DNA of 64,000 bases from Nanobdellota archaeon (GCA_021791655.1 JAJYWD010000001.1:32655-96654), one strand, 5' to 3'. Counted from the stretch's first letter, positions 20,970 through 30,974 are shown. Translations and numbers: made by a program. Notes: generated by a model not told the origin, from the letters alone.

Positions 20970-22372
20970 TATCCCTTTTATACCTCCTGATTGTACCCTT
21001 GCTCGGTCTTATCGCGCTTCTGGTAAACAGAAGGGAAAAGCGCATCTCGGACATGTTTCTCCTTCTTTTGGTATTCATTGTCGATTCCGCGCTATTTTTT
21101 GTGGGCATTATCGTAGGGTTCTCAACATTTAACCTGATGCTAGTCCCAAGCATAGATTTCGCCTTTTCATTGGGAATAACCGGCATAAGCCTGCCATTTT
21201 TGCTGCTCGCAGTTGCGCTCCCCGCTCTTGGTCTTGTCTCGCTTTACGATGAGATAAAAGACGACAGAAACCTGTTTTCTATAGTTTATTTGATTTCCTA
21301 TCTCTCTCTCATAGGCGTATTCGTGTCCACGAATCTGCTGTCTTTCTTTATATTCTGGGAGTTCATACTCGTTGCGTTTTTCTTCGTTATAGCTTTCTGG
21401 GGCGAAGAGGAGAGGAGACGGATAGCAAGTATGAAATTCCTTATTTTCACCCAGTTTGGTAGCCTTACCCTGCTAGCGGCTTTTATATTGTTATTCATAT
21501 ATACCGGCTCTTTCAACCTAATCACGATACAGAGTGCGAGCAGCTCATTGCCGGCGTTCATCGCGCAGGTTTGTTTCTTTCTGGTCTTGGTAACTGCACT
21601 CATAAAAATGCCCATATTCCCATTTCACAGCTGGCTGCCGGATGCGCATGTTACGGCACCCACGGCAGGGAGCATACTGCTTGCGGGCGTGCTTCTTAAG
21701 ATGGGTGGTTATGCCCTCATACAATTTGGTGTGCTGTTGTTTCCTTCGGTGGTTAGGTCGTTCCAAGTCCCATTGCTGATTCTCGGGATATTCACCACTA
21801 TTTATATAACGCTTGTAGCATCAGCACAGAAAGATTTGAAGAAAATAATCGCGTATTCGAGCATATTTTATATGTCCCTGGCGTTTATAGGGGCAGTATC
21901 ACTGTCTAATCTTGGGCTGGACGGCGCAATCTTTCTTATGGTCAGTCACGGTTTTATAGCAGGCATGCTATTTGCCCTCGCGGGGATATTGAAAGAAAAG
22001 ACCGGCACTAGGCTCATAAACGAACTGGGAGGGCTTGCCAAAAACCTACCAATGTTCGCTTTCTTTATAATGTTCTCTGTTATAGCAACGCTCGGTGTGC
22101 CTGGCCTCAGCAATTTCATCGGAGAGTTGGTGGTGTTTTTCGGCTCTTATCAGGTTTACCCCTTCGTGCTTCTTGCTCTGATAGGCGCACTAGTGGCTAC
22201 TTTCTATTACACAAACGCTGCGAAGCTGATGCTATTCTCGGCGCAGAATAAGAAGTTTTCCGGTGTGACAGACATATCTACGTTAGAAATGTTGCAGCTG
22301 GGTCTGTTCTCGGTTTTCATACTCGTGCTTGGCATTTTGCCCGGCATACTGTTCGGGGGAATAACTTTATGA
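20966..22372 (+). CDS. nuoM: NADH-quinone oxidoreductase subunit M
   Basis: FFIFWE, K.P.FP.HSWLPDAH..AP..GS..LAG.LLKMG.Y and PG..NF.GE. Confidence 0.93.
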   Translation: MISLLYLLIVPLLGLIALLVNRREKRISDMFLLLLVFIVDSALFFVGIIVGFSTFNLMLVPSIDFAFSLGITGISLPFLLLAVALPALGLVSLYDEIKDDRNLFSIVYLISYLSLIGVFVSTNLLSFFIFWEFILVAFFFVIAFWGEEERRRIASMKFLIFTQFGSLTLLAAFILLFIYTGSFNLITIQSASSSLPAFIAQVCFFLVLVTALIKMPIFPFHSWLPDAHVTAPTAGSILLAGVLLKMGGYALIQFGVLLFPSVVRSFQVPLLILGIFTTIYITLVASAQKDLKKIIAYSSIFYMSLAFIGAVSLSNLGLDGAIFLMVSHGFIAGMLFALAGILKEKTGTRLINELGGLAKNLPMFAFFIMFSVIATLGVPGLSNFIGELVVFFGSYQVYPFVLLALIGALVATFYYTNAAKLMLFSAQNKKFSGVTDISTLEMLQLGLFSVFILVLGILPGILFGGITL

Positions 22373-23718
22373 TAACGCCTAATCCTCAGTACGCTTTGGT
22401 GTTCGGTGCGCTGCTATTGATAGTCCTAGACGCCATACGGCTAAACAGGAATTCCAGTATCACACGCACCCTGCATTATTTCGTATTAGGAGTGCTCGTG
22501 CTGGCCCTTGTTTTGGAAATCGCATTCGGTAATCTCTATGTCTCTTACTTCCAGTCTACACAGTATTCATACTTCGTGAACGGGTTCATACTATTCATAG
22601 CTACGCTCATATACGCGTTTATGCTTTTTGATAACCGGGAGCACAGTGTTTCAATTGATATTGTGTTCATAATAAGCGTTCTCGGCGCGACACTCACGGT
22701 ACTTGCAAGCAATTTTATGTCTCTCTTGATTTCCGTGGAGATGCTATCGGTTTCGGCTTATGCCATGGTTTTCTTCGAAAAGAATAAGGCTAGACTTGAG
22801 GGGGCAATGAAATATATTGTCACCAGTGTACTCGCATTTATTCTGCTTATTTTCGGTATTTCACTGATATATGTCAGTTCGGGTTCTCTTTCTTTTTCTA
22901 GTACCGCAAGCGCCCCCCTAATCCCTACGCTGGCAGGTATAGCGCTGGTAGTGGCCGGGCTGGCATTCAAAGGTACTTTGGTCCCATTTCATATGTGGGC
23001 ACCCGATGTATATCAAGCCTCATTTACTCCGATTACCGCCTTTCTTACGTCCGTTTCGAAAGCAGCGGTACTAATTGCAATGATACGCGTTTTCTTCGTC
23101 GGCCTGAACTTTGCGGCACCGTTCATGACTGTAATGTTTATGATTCTTGCTGTTGCTACAATCTTTTTGGCTAGTTTTCTTGCTATGGTGCAGGAGAACA
23201 TAAAGAGGCTTTTAGTTTACTCCAGCATAGCGCAGGCTGGATTTGCATTTATAGGAATCGCGTTGCTGAATTCAATAGGAGTAGCAGCCGCCGTTTTCTA
23301 CGTATTCTCTTTTGCCATAGCGGATGCGCTGGTTTTCCTAGCGTACAGCGTGTTTGAAGACAGCGGAATAATGGACAGAAAAGACGCCCACAAGATGTCT
23401 GGCGTGTCAAAGCTGTCAGAAGTGAGTCTTTTTATTGGAGTGTTATCACTGGCGGGCGTGCCCCCCACCATAGGCTTCTTCGGAAAACTGCTTATATTCG
23501 CTTCCCTACTGACTTACGGCTACTTGTATATCGTGTTGTTGATCTTCTTTATAATCCTTTTCTCCACGTTTTTCTATCTCGGTCTTTTGAGGGATATGAA
23601 ACTGTTTTCTCCGTACGATAAGAGAACCGTAGCACCCAGAGTCGGTAGTCTCCGGATAAAGGAAATTATAATAATGATACTACTGATTGCGCTTTTCGCC
23701 GGGGTTATTTTCGCCTGA
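22369..23718 (+). CDS. nuoN: NADH-quinone oxidoreductase subunit N
   Basis: EGA.KY, FK...VPFH.WAPDVYQ, KRLL.YSSI.QAG and SLAG.PP..GF.GK. Confidence 0.92.
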   Translation: MITPNPQYALVFGALLLIVLDAIRLNRNSSITRTLHYFVLGVLVLALVLEIAFGNLYVSYFQSTQYSYFVNGFILFIATLIYAFMLFDNREHSVSIDIVFIISVLGATLTVLASNFMSLLISVEMLSVSAYAMVFFEKNKARLEGAMKYIVTSVLAFILLIFGISLIYVSSGSLSFSSTASAPLIPTLAGIALVVAGLAFKGTLVPFHMWAPDVYQASFTPITAFLTSVSKAAVLIAMIRVFFVGLNFAAPFMTVMFMILAVATIFLASFLAMVQENIKRLLVYSSIAQAGFAFIGIALLNSIGVAAAVFYVFSFAIADALVFLAYSVFEDSGIMDRKDAHKMSGVSKLSEVSLFIGVLSLAGVPPTIGFFGKLLIFASLLTYGYLYIVLLIFFIILFSTFFYLGLLRDMKLFSPYDKRTVAPRVGSLRIKEIIIMILLIALFAGVIFA

Positions 23719-23910
23719 TTTTGGCTGCTGTTCTACAGTCTGTCTTTTCTCTGGCTGAGCCTGCACCCCGCTCTTGCCTTCTGCTTTCAGTTTGGCTATC
23801 TTTTTCTTAAGGCGCTTGTATTTTCCCGCATCAGCTGGCTGTAACCCCTGTGTTTTCTTTATGTTCATTTTCAGGAGTTCCATTTCCAGGTCCTTCAGAT
23901 TTTCTTCCAT
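23680..23910 (-). CDS. rpl29: 50S ribosomal protein uL29 (N-terminally short)
   Basis: L.DL..EL.K...G.....GK.K.LKK.IAKL pattern, canonical position after rps3, GAGGTG upstream. Confidence 0.7.
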   Translation of the reverse strand: MEENLKDLEMELLKMNIKKTQGLQPADAGKYKRLKKKIAKLKAEGKSGVQAQPEKRQTVEQQPKSGENNPGEKRNQ

Positions 23911-24499
23911 CCATTTGCACCTCTCCAGGCATTTGTGCCTTTACGACTATTGTGACCTTTATTCCTATCATTCCCCTCTTTAGTAGTAATTGTTTCTTCG
24001 TCGTCCTGACACCGTACTGTTCGGGTTGGCCAGACTTTGGTAGGACGCTCCCTGGCGGTTTAAATTTGAAGTGTGCCGCCCTTTCTTTTATTACACCACC
24101 TATTTCTATTTCTGCACCGCGCGCTCCCGCTCTCATTATATCTTCCAGGGCGCCGTGCGCTATGGTCTTGTACCGCATCGGTCCGTATTTCGAAATTTTG
24201 AACGCTATAGAATCGGCTATAACCTCTGGGTTCAACATTGGGTCGTCCGTTGCTTCTACGTCTATGTGCGGCGGCTCTTGTTTAAAGTATTCACCGAGTT
24301 CCTTAGAAGCCTCTTTTATGAGTTGAGATGCGCGCGTTACGAGGAAACCTGGTTTTGATGTCCTTAGGATAACCTTCATTCCTAACGGCGTCTTCTCTAT
24401 CTTTACCTCGCTTACGCCGAAGTTGCTGAATTTTTTCAGCAGTTTTTCTTTGGCTATCTGTTCACTTATTCTGGTTGCTATTATTTTCCTTGCTAACAT
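23831..24499 (-). CDS. rps3: 30S ribosomal protein uS3
   Basis: KTPLG..V.L....PG KH domain, IM.AGARGAEI.I.G and GMIGIKV. Confidence 0.93.
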   Translation of the reverse strand: MLARKIIATRISEQIAKEKLLKKFSNFGVSEVKIEKTPLGMKVILRTSKPGFLVTRASQLIKEASKELGEYFKQEPPHIDVEATDDPMLNPEVIADSIAFKISKYGPMRYKTIAHGALEDIMRAGARGAEIEIGGVIKERAAHFKFKPPGSVLPKSGQPEQYGVRTTKKQLLLKRGMIGIKVTIVVKAQMPGEVQMDGRKSEGPGNGTPENEHKENTGVTAS

Positions 24500-24992
24500 C
24501 CTTTACCTCTTTTTCTGTTTTCTGAACTTCCGCCTGCGCAGCAGTCGCTTCCACCGGTTTTACCGGAGTTTCCTCTTTTTTCTCCTTTGTTTCCTTCTTC
24601 TTCTCAACCTTCGTATAAATAACTATGTTGGTCTTTTTCCCGCGTTTTGAAATTCTTCCGCTGGCATATCTTGGGTAGCCCCCACGCCCTAGATCGTATC
24701 TGCTTATACTCAGCTTTTCAGAAACTCCGCTGAAATTCTCCGCATTACTCTTAAGCTCGTTTAGCATCTTTATTATGCTGAGTGAGGCCTTTTTTGGGTA
24801 ACCGACCGGAACCCCCGCTTTGTGACCGCCACTGGGATATCTTTTGAAAGGAATAGGTGTCGAGCCGCTGCTGACATCCTTTAGTAAAGACACCGCCTTA
24901 TCTATCTCCATCCCTCTTATCCTGACGAGTATTTCATGCACCTGTTTTGTTGATATCGCGAGCCTGTCTCTTCTAACTGAAATTTCTGCCAT
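24462..24992 (-). CDS. rpl22: 50S ribosomal protein uL22
   Basis: IS.K...EI...IRGM....A...L..V.....PIPFKRY...G.H and GYP.KAS; between rps19 and rps3. Confidence 0.9.
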   Translation of the reverse strand: MAEISVRRDRLAISTKQVHEILVRIRGMEIDKAVSLLKDVSSGSTPIPFKRYPSGGHKAGVPVGYPKKASLSIIKMLNELKSNAENFSGVSEKLSISRYDLGRGGYPRYASGRISKRGKKTNIVIYTKVEKKKETKEKKEETPVKPVEATAAQAEVQKTEKEVKDVSKENNSNQNK

Positions 24993-24994
24993 AT

Positions 24995-25372
24995 TTACTT
25001 GATAGGAACGAACTCACTAGAACGTGTTGCTCTCATTCCAGGGGTGCCGTGCCTAACCTGTTTCGTTGTCAGAATGAACTCCCCAAGACGATGGAAAACC
25101 ATCTCTGGCTTTACTTCTAATGATATGAATTCCTTTCCATTGTAAACTTTTACCGTTTTGCCCACAAATTCCGGCATTATAAACATTTCTCTGCTGTGTG
25201 TCTTCGCTTCTTTGGGATTTTTGCGCAGTTTTGCAATTAGTTTCTTTTCCTCTGGCGAGAACCCTCTTCTGAGTACGCGCCTTAGGTCAGCATTTACAAT
25301 CTTCTTCAAGTCCTCATCGTTCAGCTTCTTAAGTTCTTCGACCGTCTTCCCTCTGTAATAGAATTCTGCCAT
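24995..25372 (-). CDS. rps19: 30S ribosomal protein uS19
   Basis: F.YRGK..EELK, KTH.R.M.I.PE.VG...VYNGK.F, H.LGEF and TRSS.FVP. Confidence 0.96.
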   Translation of the reverse strand: MAEFYYRGKTVEELKKLNDEDLKKIVNADLRRVLRRGFSPEEKKLIAKLRKNPKEAKTHSREMFIMPEFVGKTVKVYNGKEFISLEVKPEMVFHRLGEFILTTKQVRHGTPGMRATRSSEFVPIK

Positions 25373-25374
25373 AC

Positions 25375-26076
25375 TTATCGTATTCCAGTCCTCTTAGGGG
25401 CTATTGTTCCCACCTTGGCACCGGGTGATGCGTGTCTTGACACGCTTTTGGACTTGTGCTGTGTACTCCTTCTTTTCCCTCCGAATTTATGTTCGTAAGC
25501 ATTCATCGCGACCGCTGCGTTCATGGGCCAGTACCTCCCACGAGCACGTATCATGTGGTAAACGTTACCGGCCTTGTAGAACGGTTTTTCGACCCTCCCT
25601 CCGTTGGCAACTCGGCCCACTATGGCTCTGCAATTCGGGTCCAATGATATAATGTGAGTACTTGGCAGTGCTACGGTTACTCTGTCAGCGTTAACTTCCA
25701 TGATTTTCGCGCTACCGCCACCGCTCCTCACCATCTTACCTCCGTCATTCGGCCTGAGTTCTATGTTGTATACATTAGTTCCTGGCGGCATATCCTTAAG
25801 CCTTAATATTGACCCGTCTTTGACCGAGTCGCTTTTCATGTAAGTTATTAATTGGCCTTCGTATGCACCAGTGAAGGAGGGGAGGAACGCCTTTTCTCCG
25901 TTTTCGAATTTTAGTTCCATTAACGGCACCGTCCTGTACAAATCGTGTAAAAAGCCCACTATCTTTGCATTCATGGAGTCTTCCGAGTTTATTAATCTCG
26001 CTTTAGCCACGGCTCTGAAACTGTTTACTCTAAAAATCCTGCTTTTGCCGCGTCTTCTCGATCTTGGTACTTTCAT
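25375..26076 (-). CDS. rpl2: 50S ribosomal protein uL2
   Basis: NIE..P.DGGK.VRS.G, GGR.EKPF.KAG, WP....VAMN..EH.FGG and KVG.IA.KRTG. Confidence 0.95.
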   Translation of the reverse strand: MKVPRSRRRGKSRIFRVNSFRAVAKARLINSEDSMNAKIVGFLHDLYRTVPLMELKFENGEKAFLPSFTGAYEGQLITYMKSDSVKDGSILRLKDMPPGTNVYNIELRPNDGGKMVRSGGGSAKIMEVNADRVTVALPSTHIISLDPNCRAIVGRVANGGRVEKPFYKAGNVYHMIRARGRYWPMNAAVAMNAYEHKFGGKRRSTQHKSKSVSRHASPGAKVGTIAPKRTGIR

Positions 26077-26210
26077 AACTCTTTTTTATACAATTGCTCA
26101 TATTTAAATAAACTTACAAGTGTGCATCTGCCCAAATTTAAAATATTCGAACGGTGCAAAGCGTTTCATTAAAACTATTTATAGCTGTGCACTTCTAAAC
26201 TAAAGTTAGT

Positions 26211-27455
26211 ATGCACTCAAAAATGGTAAAATTAGACAACGGGCTCCCGGTGATGTACAAAAAATATCCCATAGATTCATTCAGCATGGTTTTTGTTGTA
26301 AACTACGGTTCCCTTTACGAGAGTAAAAAGGAGAACGGGATAGCCCACTTTCTAGAGCACCTGTTGACAAAACAAACTAAGAATATACCCAGCGAAAAGC
26401 TAAAGAACCGGCTGTTTGATAATGCTATCTTTTGGAATGCAATGACTGGATATGAGCAGATTCAATTCCTTTTTAAGGCACACAAGTCCAAATTCGATAC
26501 GATAGCGAGCACATTGTCTGATATCCTGATAAACCCGAATATCGATGAAAAGGCGGTACGGCTCGAACGTGGGCCGGTTATCACTGAAATGAGGGGGGGA
26601 GACGACAAGTCTCCAGATGCCGTGGCCAGCAGCAAAATAACAAGGGCTGTTTTGGGCGAGCATCCAGCAACCTTTACTGTAGCTGACAGCATGCGTGCAC
26701 TTAGAAATTACATAAACGTCAGCAAGGTTAAAGATACGTACAGTAAGTATTTTACGCCGGACAATTCCGTTCTTTCTGTTACGGGCGGGATAGAGCTTGA
26801 AAAAATGCTACCGGTTGTTAATGATCTGTTTGGTTCCTGGAGTGGGAAGTTTTCTGGCAAGACACTTTCGCCGGCCGAATATCTCCCCCCGTCTAGACGC
26901 ACTTTCAGACTTCGTGGCGTGGATGAAAGTATGGTCGTCCTTGGGAAAGGACTTCCACCGGCGTCCAAGCAGAATTATGACGACGTAAATTGCCTTACTA
27001 TCGCTAATTCCCTGTTGGTCAAGAGCCTGATGCTAGAGCTCAGAGAAAAGACTGGTATAACTTATACCCCCAGCTCTGACAATTCGCACATGACGTCGTT
27101 CGGCATCAATGAGACCAGTGTTTCCGCTTTCAGCCCCAAGTACCTTAACCTAATAGAAAATACAATTTTAACGGAAATTGACAAACTTTATAAGGGTGAG
27201 ATTTCCCATGAAGCCGTTGAAAAAGTAAAGGAAAACACAGTGCTCTCGGGTTTGGTATCCCTCGGAGAAGAGAGTTTCGAGATCGCTGAAGAACTTGGTA
27301 TGGCATATGCAGTGCTTAAGGATCCCACTTATCCCGAGGCTTTGCCGCATCTATTCGAAAGCATAACCATGGATGATATGAGACGAGTCTGTAGTAACCA
27401 TTTAAACCCGGACGATTTTTCGGTCGTGGTGCTTAAGCCGTACAAAAAATGTTAG
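26211..27455 (+). CDS. M16 family zinc peptidase (insulinase-like)
   Basis: GS..E....NG.AHFLEHL (HxxEH) and LRE..G..Y in the C-terminal domain. Confidence 0.9.
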   Translation: MHSKMVKLDNGLPVMYKKYPIDSFSMVFVVNYGSLYESKKENGIAHFLEHLLTKQTKNIPSEKLKNRLFDNAIFWNAMTGYEQIQFLFKAHKSKFDTIASTLSDILINPNIDEKAVRLERGPVITEMRGGDDKSPDAVASSKITRAVLGEHPATFTVADSMRALRNYINVSKVKDTYSKYFTPDNSVLSVTGGIELEKMLPVVNDLFGSWSGKFSGKTLSPAEYLPPSRRTFRLRGVDESMVVLGKGLPPASKQNYDDVNCLTIANSLLVKSLMLELREKTGITYTPSSDNSHMTSFGINETSVSAFSPKYLNLIENTILTEIDKLYKGEISHEAVEKVKENTVLSGLVSLGEESFEIAEELGMAYAVLKDPTYPEALPHLFESITMDDMRRVCSNHLNPDDFSVVVLKPYKKC

Positions 27456-28132
27456 GCAATCATTCTAAGTTGAAGTTAGTATTCGGTGAGCCCGTAGCAT
27501 TTTCCAGCGACTACGCCATAATCGGAGATTTGCATCTGGGATTTGAGGAAGAAATGATAAAAGAGGGATTCAACGTGTACAATCAAAATAATAATATACT
27601 GAAAAAGATACGGCAGATCAAGAAAGAAAAGCTTATCCTCCTAGGAGACCTCCGAGCGGAACACGGCGAAATCGGTGTGAGGGAGGCGGGTTTTCTTCTG
27701 CACGCCGTATCGCAGATTTCTAGCGCGTTTTCTCACGTCGTCATAACAAAGGGCAATCACGATGGAGGTCTTGAAAAGATAACCGGTAGGTTCAAAAACG
27801 TCTCCTTGGTAAAGGAATTCATAGACGGGGGTATCGGATTCCTGCACGGTCACGCTCTCCCGTCTAAGGCACTGGTAGAGACGTGCGATACGATGTGCAT
27901 AAGCCACTTGCATCCAATGGTCAAAGTTTACGATGCAAATAATGTGATGTACAAGAAAGACTGCTGGATGCTATTTGACTTTAAACCGTCAAAGAAATCG
28001 GAATCTATCCGGGGAATCGTTGTTCCTAAGTTCAATCCTTACATAGGAGGCACGGATAATATAAAGAACGCCGGGATAATGTCAAGAGCCAGCAATATAA
28101 TGAGGCTCACAGAAGATTTTGTGATGGTCTAG
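27449..28132 (+). CDS. Metallophosphoesterase
   Basis: GDLHLG, LGD, GNHD, HGH and SH.HP calcineurin-like motifs. Confidence 0.85.
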   Translation: MLGNHSKLKLVFGEPVAFSSDYAIIGDLHLGFEEEMIKEGFNVYNQNNNILKKIRQIKKEKLILLGDLRAEHGEIGVREAGFLLHAVSQISSAFSHVVITKGNHDGGLEKITGRFKNVSLVKEFIDGGIGFLHGHALPSKALVETCDTMCISHLHPMVKVYDANNVMYKKDCWMLFDFKPSKKSESIRGIVVPKFNPYIGGTDNIKNAGIMSRASNIMRLTEDFVMV

Positions 28133-29139
28133 CGTTTTTCCTTCGTTAGTGCACCCGCCCGTTTCTTTATAGCATCGAGCAGCTCCCTTTCGGTCCTGAA
28201 CATCTTGTCCACGAAATAGGGTGTGAACGGGCTGTATGTGTCAAATGGGAAGTACAGTAGGACCGGCTTTCCGGTCGTGTGCGCGTGCATCCGCTCGCTG
28301 TCCACGCCGCTCGAGTAGTTAAGTGCCGAAAGGTGTATGACCACCATATCGACCTGGTCGACCATCGCATAGTCCCGTCTTACGGTCTGGTTAAATACCA
28401 ATTCCCTGAGTCTCGGTTCTACCTGGTACCCTGCCTTGTAAAAGTCGATATCCGCACCCTTTGGATCAAATACTGTCACGTATTTTTTCAATTTCCTTAC
28501 AAATCGCTTCAGGTTAGCGTATGAGTTGACCCGGTGTTCTATGCTGTAGCTTATGTACACCTTAGGCTTGTTTGGTTTGTATATCAGGTCGTATAACGTC
28601 TGTGGGTCCTCTTTTGAGCCCATCACATAATTTTTCCTACCGATTGCCTTACTTATGAGGTTAACTGTGTACAATTCGACTTCTGACCATATCGCTATCT
28701 CGTACTCGTCTATCTCCTTGTCGGACCATTCCACCTTTGATTTTAGGTTCCTTAGTAGCTTGTCCGGGGAAGCCAGGATGGTTACGAAAAAGTCCGGCTT
28801 TACCTGCTTGAAATCGTCTATGTTAAGTAGGCTCAGAGGCCCATTTTTCCACCAGAAAGACGTCCTTCCATCTATTATGAAGTCGGTGTCTTTGTTGTAC
28901 TTAGTTTCATCCGCTATACGGTGAAGTGCCGCCGCTTTCACAATCTCTAGGGTCTTTATGTCAAGATTAGGCAGGGTTACTGCACTTATTTCTGTGTTTA
29001 TGTCCTTGCCACTCTCTATCATGAGGTCTACAAGGTTCACTATCTTGAGCTTCTTGTTCCTGCTAGAAGCCATTTTTATGACTTCATTCTCCAACTTTAT
29101 CCTGTTGGTCCCTGCTACTGCAGAACTGAACACTAGCAT
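28129..29139 (-). CDS. Fusion of archaeal adenylate-kinase-like domain (degenerate P-loop) and nucleoside 2-deoxyribosyltransferase/DNPH1-like domain
   Basis: N-terminal SAVAGTNR / IVNLVDLM / FIIDGR.SF / KPD.FV; C-terminal VYISY, VFDP and RD...VDQ.D.VV.....SSG..SE...A...GKPV. Confidence 0.6.
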   Translation of the reverse strand: MLVFSSAVAGTNRIKLENEVIKMASSRNKKLKIVNLVDLMIESGKDINTEISAVTLPNLDIKTLEIVKAAALHRIADETKYNKDTDFIIDGRTSFWWKNGPLSLLNIDDFKQVKPDFFVTILASPDKLLRNLKSKVEWSDKEIDEYEIAIWSEVELYTVNLISKAIGRKNYVMGSKEDPQTLYDLIYKPNKPKVYISYSIEHRVNSYANLKRFVRKLKKYVTVFDPKGADIDFYKAGYQVEPRLRELVFNQTVRRDYAMVDQVDMVVIHLSALNYSSGVDSERMHAHTTGKPVLLYFPFDTYSPFTPYFVDKMFRTERELLDAIKKRAGALTKEKR

Positions 29140-29239
29140 ATCAATTCATAACCCCATGTATTATATAGCGATTTCATAATTAATAATTACTATTCGTAGA
29201 TATCACTTATTTATAAACAGTTGGTTTCTAATATAAAAT

Positions 29240-30178
29240 ATGACCCCGAGAGAACTTGGTGCTTATGCCATTGCCGCCCTGCTTATAGTGATCCTTTTCG
29301 CGCTAGGCTCGATATACGCAGTTGCGTACTACTTCTTTATAATAATACTTTTCATAGTTCTATTCTCTGTCTTCTTTGTGACCAGCGTAAAACAGTATTC
29401 GCAGTTTGAAAGGGGCATAATATTCCGTTTGGGCAGGTTTAATAGGATCGCAGGGCCCGGCTGGGCAGTAGTCCTCCCCTTCTTTGAAAAGGAGTATCAG
29501 AGGATAGATGTGCGTGTTAAGATGATGGATCTGGGTCTCAATGATGTTTTTACACAGGATGACATAAGATTGTCGATAGAAGGAACAATATATTACCAAG
29601 TCGTGGACCCCGAGAAGGCTACGTTACAGATAGATAATTACGGCCAAGGGTTGAGTAATCTTGTCCAGTCAGCAGTAAGGAACGAAATGGCCTCTTTATC
29701 GATGAGGCAGGTGTTTGGTAGTCTTGATAAGATGAATGATTTATTGGCAGATGCAATAAGGCACACGACATGGAAATGGGGAATAGACGTGCCAACCGTG
29801 CAGATAAGGACGGTCGCCCCTCCGCAGGAAGTTATTCAGGCCATGCAGCAGCCCGAGATAGCCGCAAATCTGCTTCAGGCACAGAGATTTAAGGCCGATG
29901 CCCAGAGGATTGTGATGGAAGCAATAGGAGAGGGGGGTAAGGCGCTTGATGATAACTCAATAATGTATCTATACCTCCAGGCCCTGAAGCAGATGGGCGA
30001 GTCTAGCTCTTCGAAAATAGTTCTTCCAATGCAGTTTATGCAGGGGCTTGGTGGCATGGCTGGCGGGATAGCCGGTCTGTCAACCGCAGCATTGGCTTCG
30101 CTTGGTGGGCAACAGAACGTACAGAACGTGATTTCCCAGATAAAGACAAAGATAGCAAGCTCTGGGGCTCAGAAGTGA
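29240..30178 (+). CDS. SPFH/band 7 (stomatin/QmcA-like) membrane protein
   Basis: N-terminal TMs, Q.ERG.IFRLGRF....GPG, T.D...I...Y..V.DP and WG..V..V.I. Confidence 0.9.
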   Translation: MTPRELGAYAIAALLIVILFALGSIYAVAYYFFIIILFIVLFSVFFVTSVKQYSQFERGIIFRLGRFNRIAGPGWAVVLPFFEKEYQRIDVRVKMMDLGLNDVFTQDDIRLSIEGTIYYQVVDPEKATLQIDNYGQGLSNLVQSAVRNEMASLSMRQVFGSLDKMNDLLADAIRHTTWKWGIDVPTVQIRTVAPPQEVIQAMQQPEIAANLLQAQRFKADAQRIVMEAIGEGGKALDDNSIMYLYLQALKQMGESSSSKIVLPMQFMQGLGGMAGGIAGLSTAALASLGGQQNVQNVISQIKTKIASSGAQK

Positions 30179-30188
30179 GTTAATTAAT

Positions 30189-30956
30189 TCAACGTTTGGA
30201 ATCTCGACGCTTTAGGTGTCTGTGCACGTGATGTTCCTTGCCCGTCGCATTAACTATATCAAGGATTTTCCTGAGATCATTTACAACATAATCTGGTTTA
30301 CTCTTTCCAAGTTGCTTCGGGTAGCTCCTGAAGGCATTGAAAAGCACGGTCGACATCCCCGCTGCCTTTGAATTATCGATGTCGATATCTGGTCTGTCAC
30401 CAACAAATAATATCTCAGAAGGTCGCAGATCGCATATATCCGCTGCTCTGGTAAATGCAGCCCGGTCTGTTTTGGCTTCAGGTATGGTTTCGCCCGCTAT
30501 TATAACGACATCCAGCAGTTTGTATACCGGTAAATTTTTCAGACGCCGTGTTTTCACGCCATCCGGGATTCCAGCCCCGGTTAAAATTCCAACCTTTAGA
30601 CCAGAGCGCCTAAGACTTGTTATGACTTCTTCCATATGGAGTGCGAATTCCATGTCATTTACGAGTCCCTCATCAAACAAGTCTGCGTATCTTTTCACGT
30701 CTTCATTTACGAACTTTATCCCGCTTTTGGCAGCCATCAGCTCGTAATACAGTTCGCGTGTCCTTTGTGCGAAAGGGATTTTATCGTATTGTGAGGAAGT
30801 TGCGCTCAATGCCTTTTCGTATTTTTCTCTGCCGATTCCATAGTCACGCTGCATTTCCGTGAATACCCTTTCTCTGGCAAGTTTTATGTTATGAGAAGTG
30901 TTAGTAAGCGTGTCGTCAAAATCAAATAGAACGCCCCTTATTTTTATATTTTCCAT
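30189..30956 (-). CDS. HAD-family hydrolase
   Basis: FDFDDTL motif I, GILT, K and FVGD....DI; start placed at ATG 30956 just downstream of the tRNA. Confidence 0.88.
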   Translation of the reverse strand: MENIKIRGVLFDFDDTLTNTSHNIKLARERVFTEMQRDYGIGREKYEKALSATSSQYDKIPFAQRTRELYYELMAAKSGIKFVNEDVKRYADLFDEGLVNDMEFALHMEEVITSLRRSGLKVGILTGAGIPDGVKTRRLKNLPVYKLLDVVIIAGETIPEAKTDRAAFTRAADICDLRPSEILFVGDRPDIDIDNSKAAGMSTVLFNAFRSYPKQLGKSKPDYVVNDLRKILDIVNATGKEHHVHRHLKRRDSKR

Positions 30957-30974
30957 ACGAGACACATTTGGATA

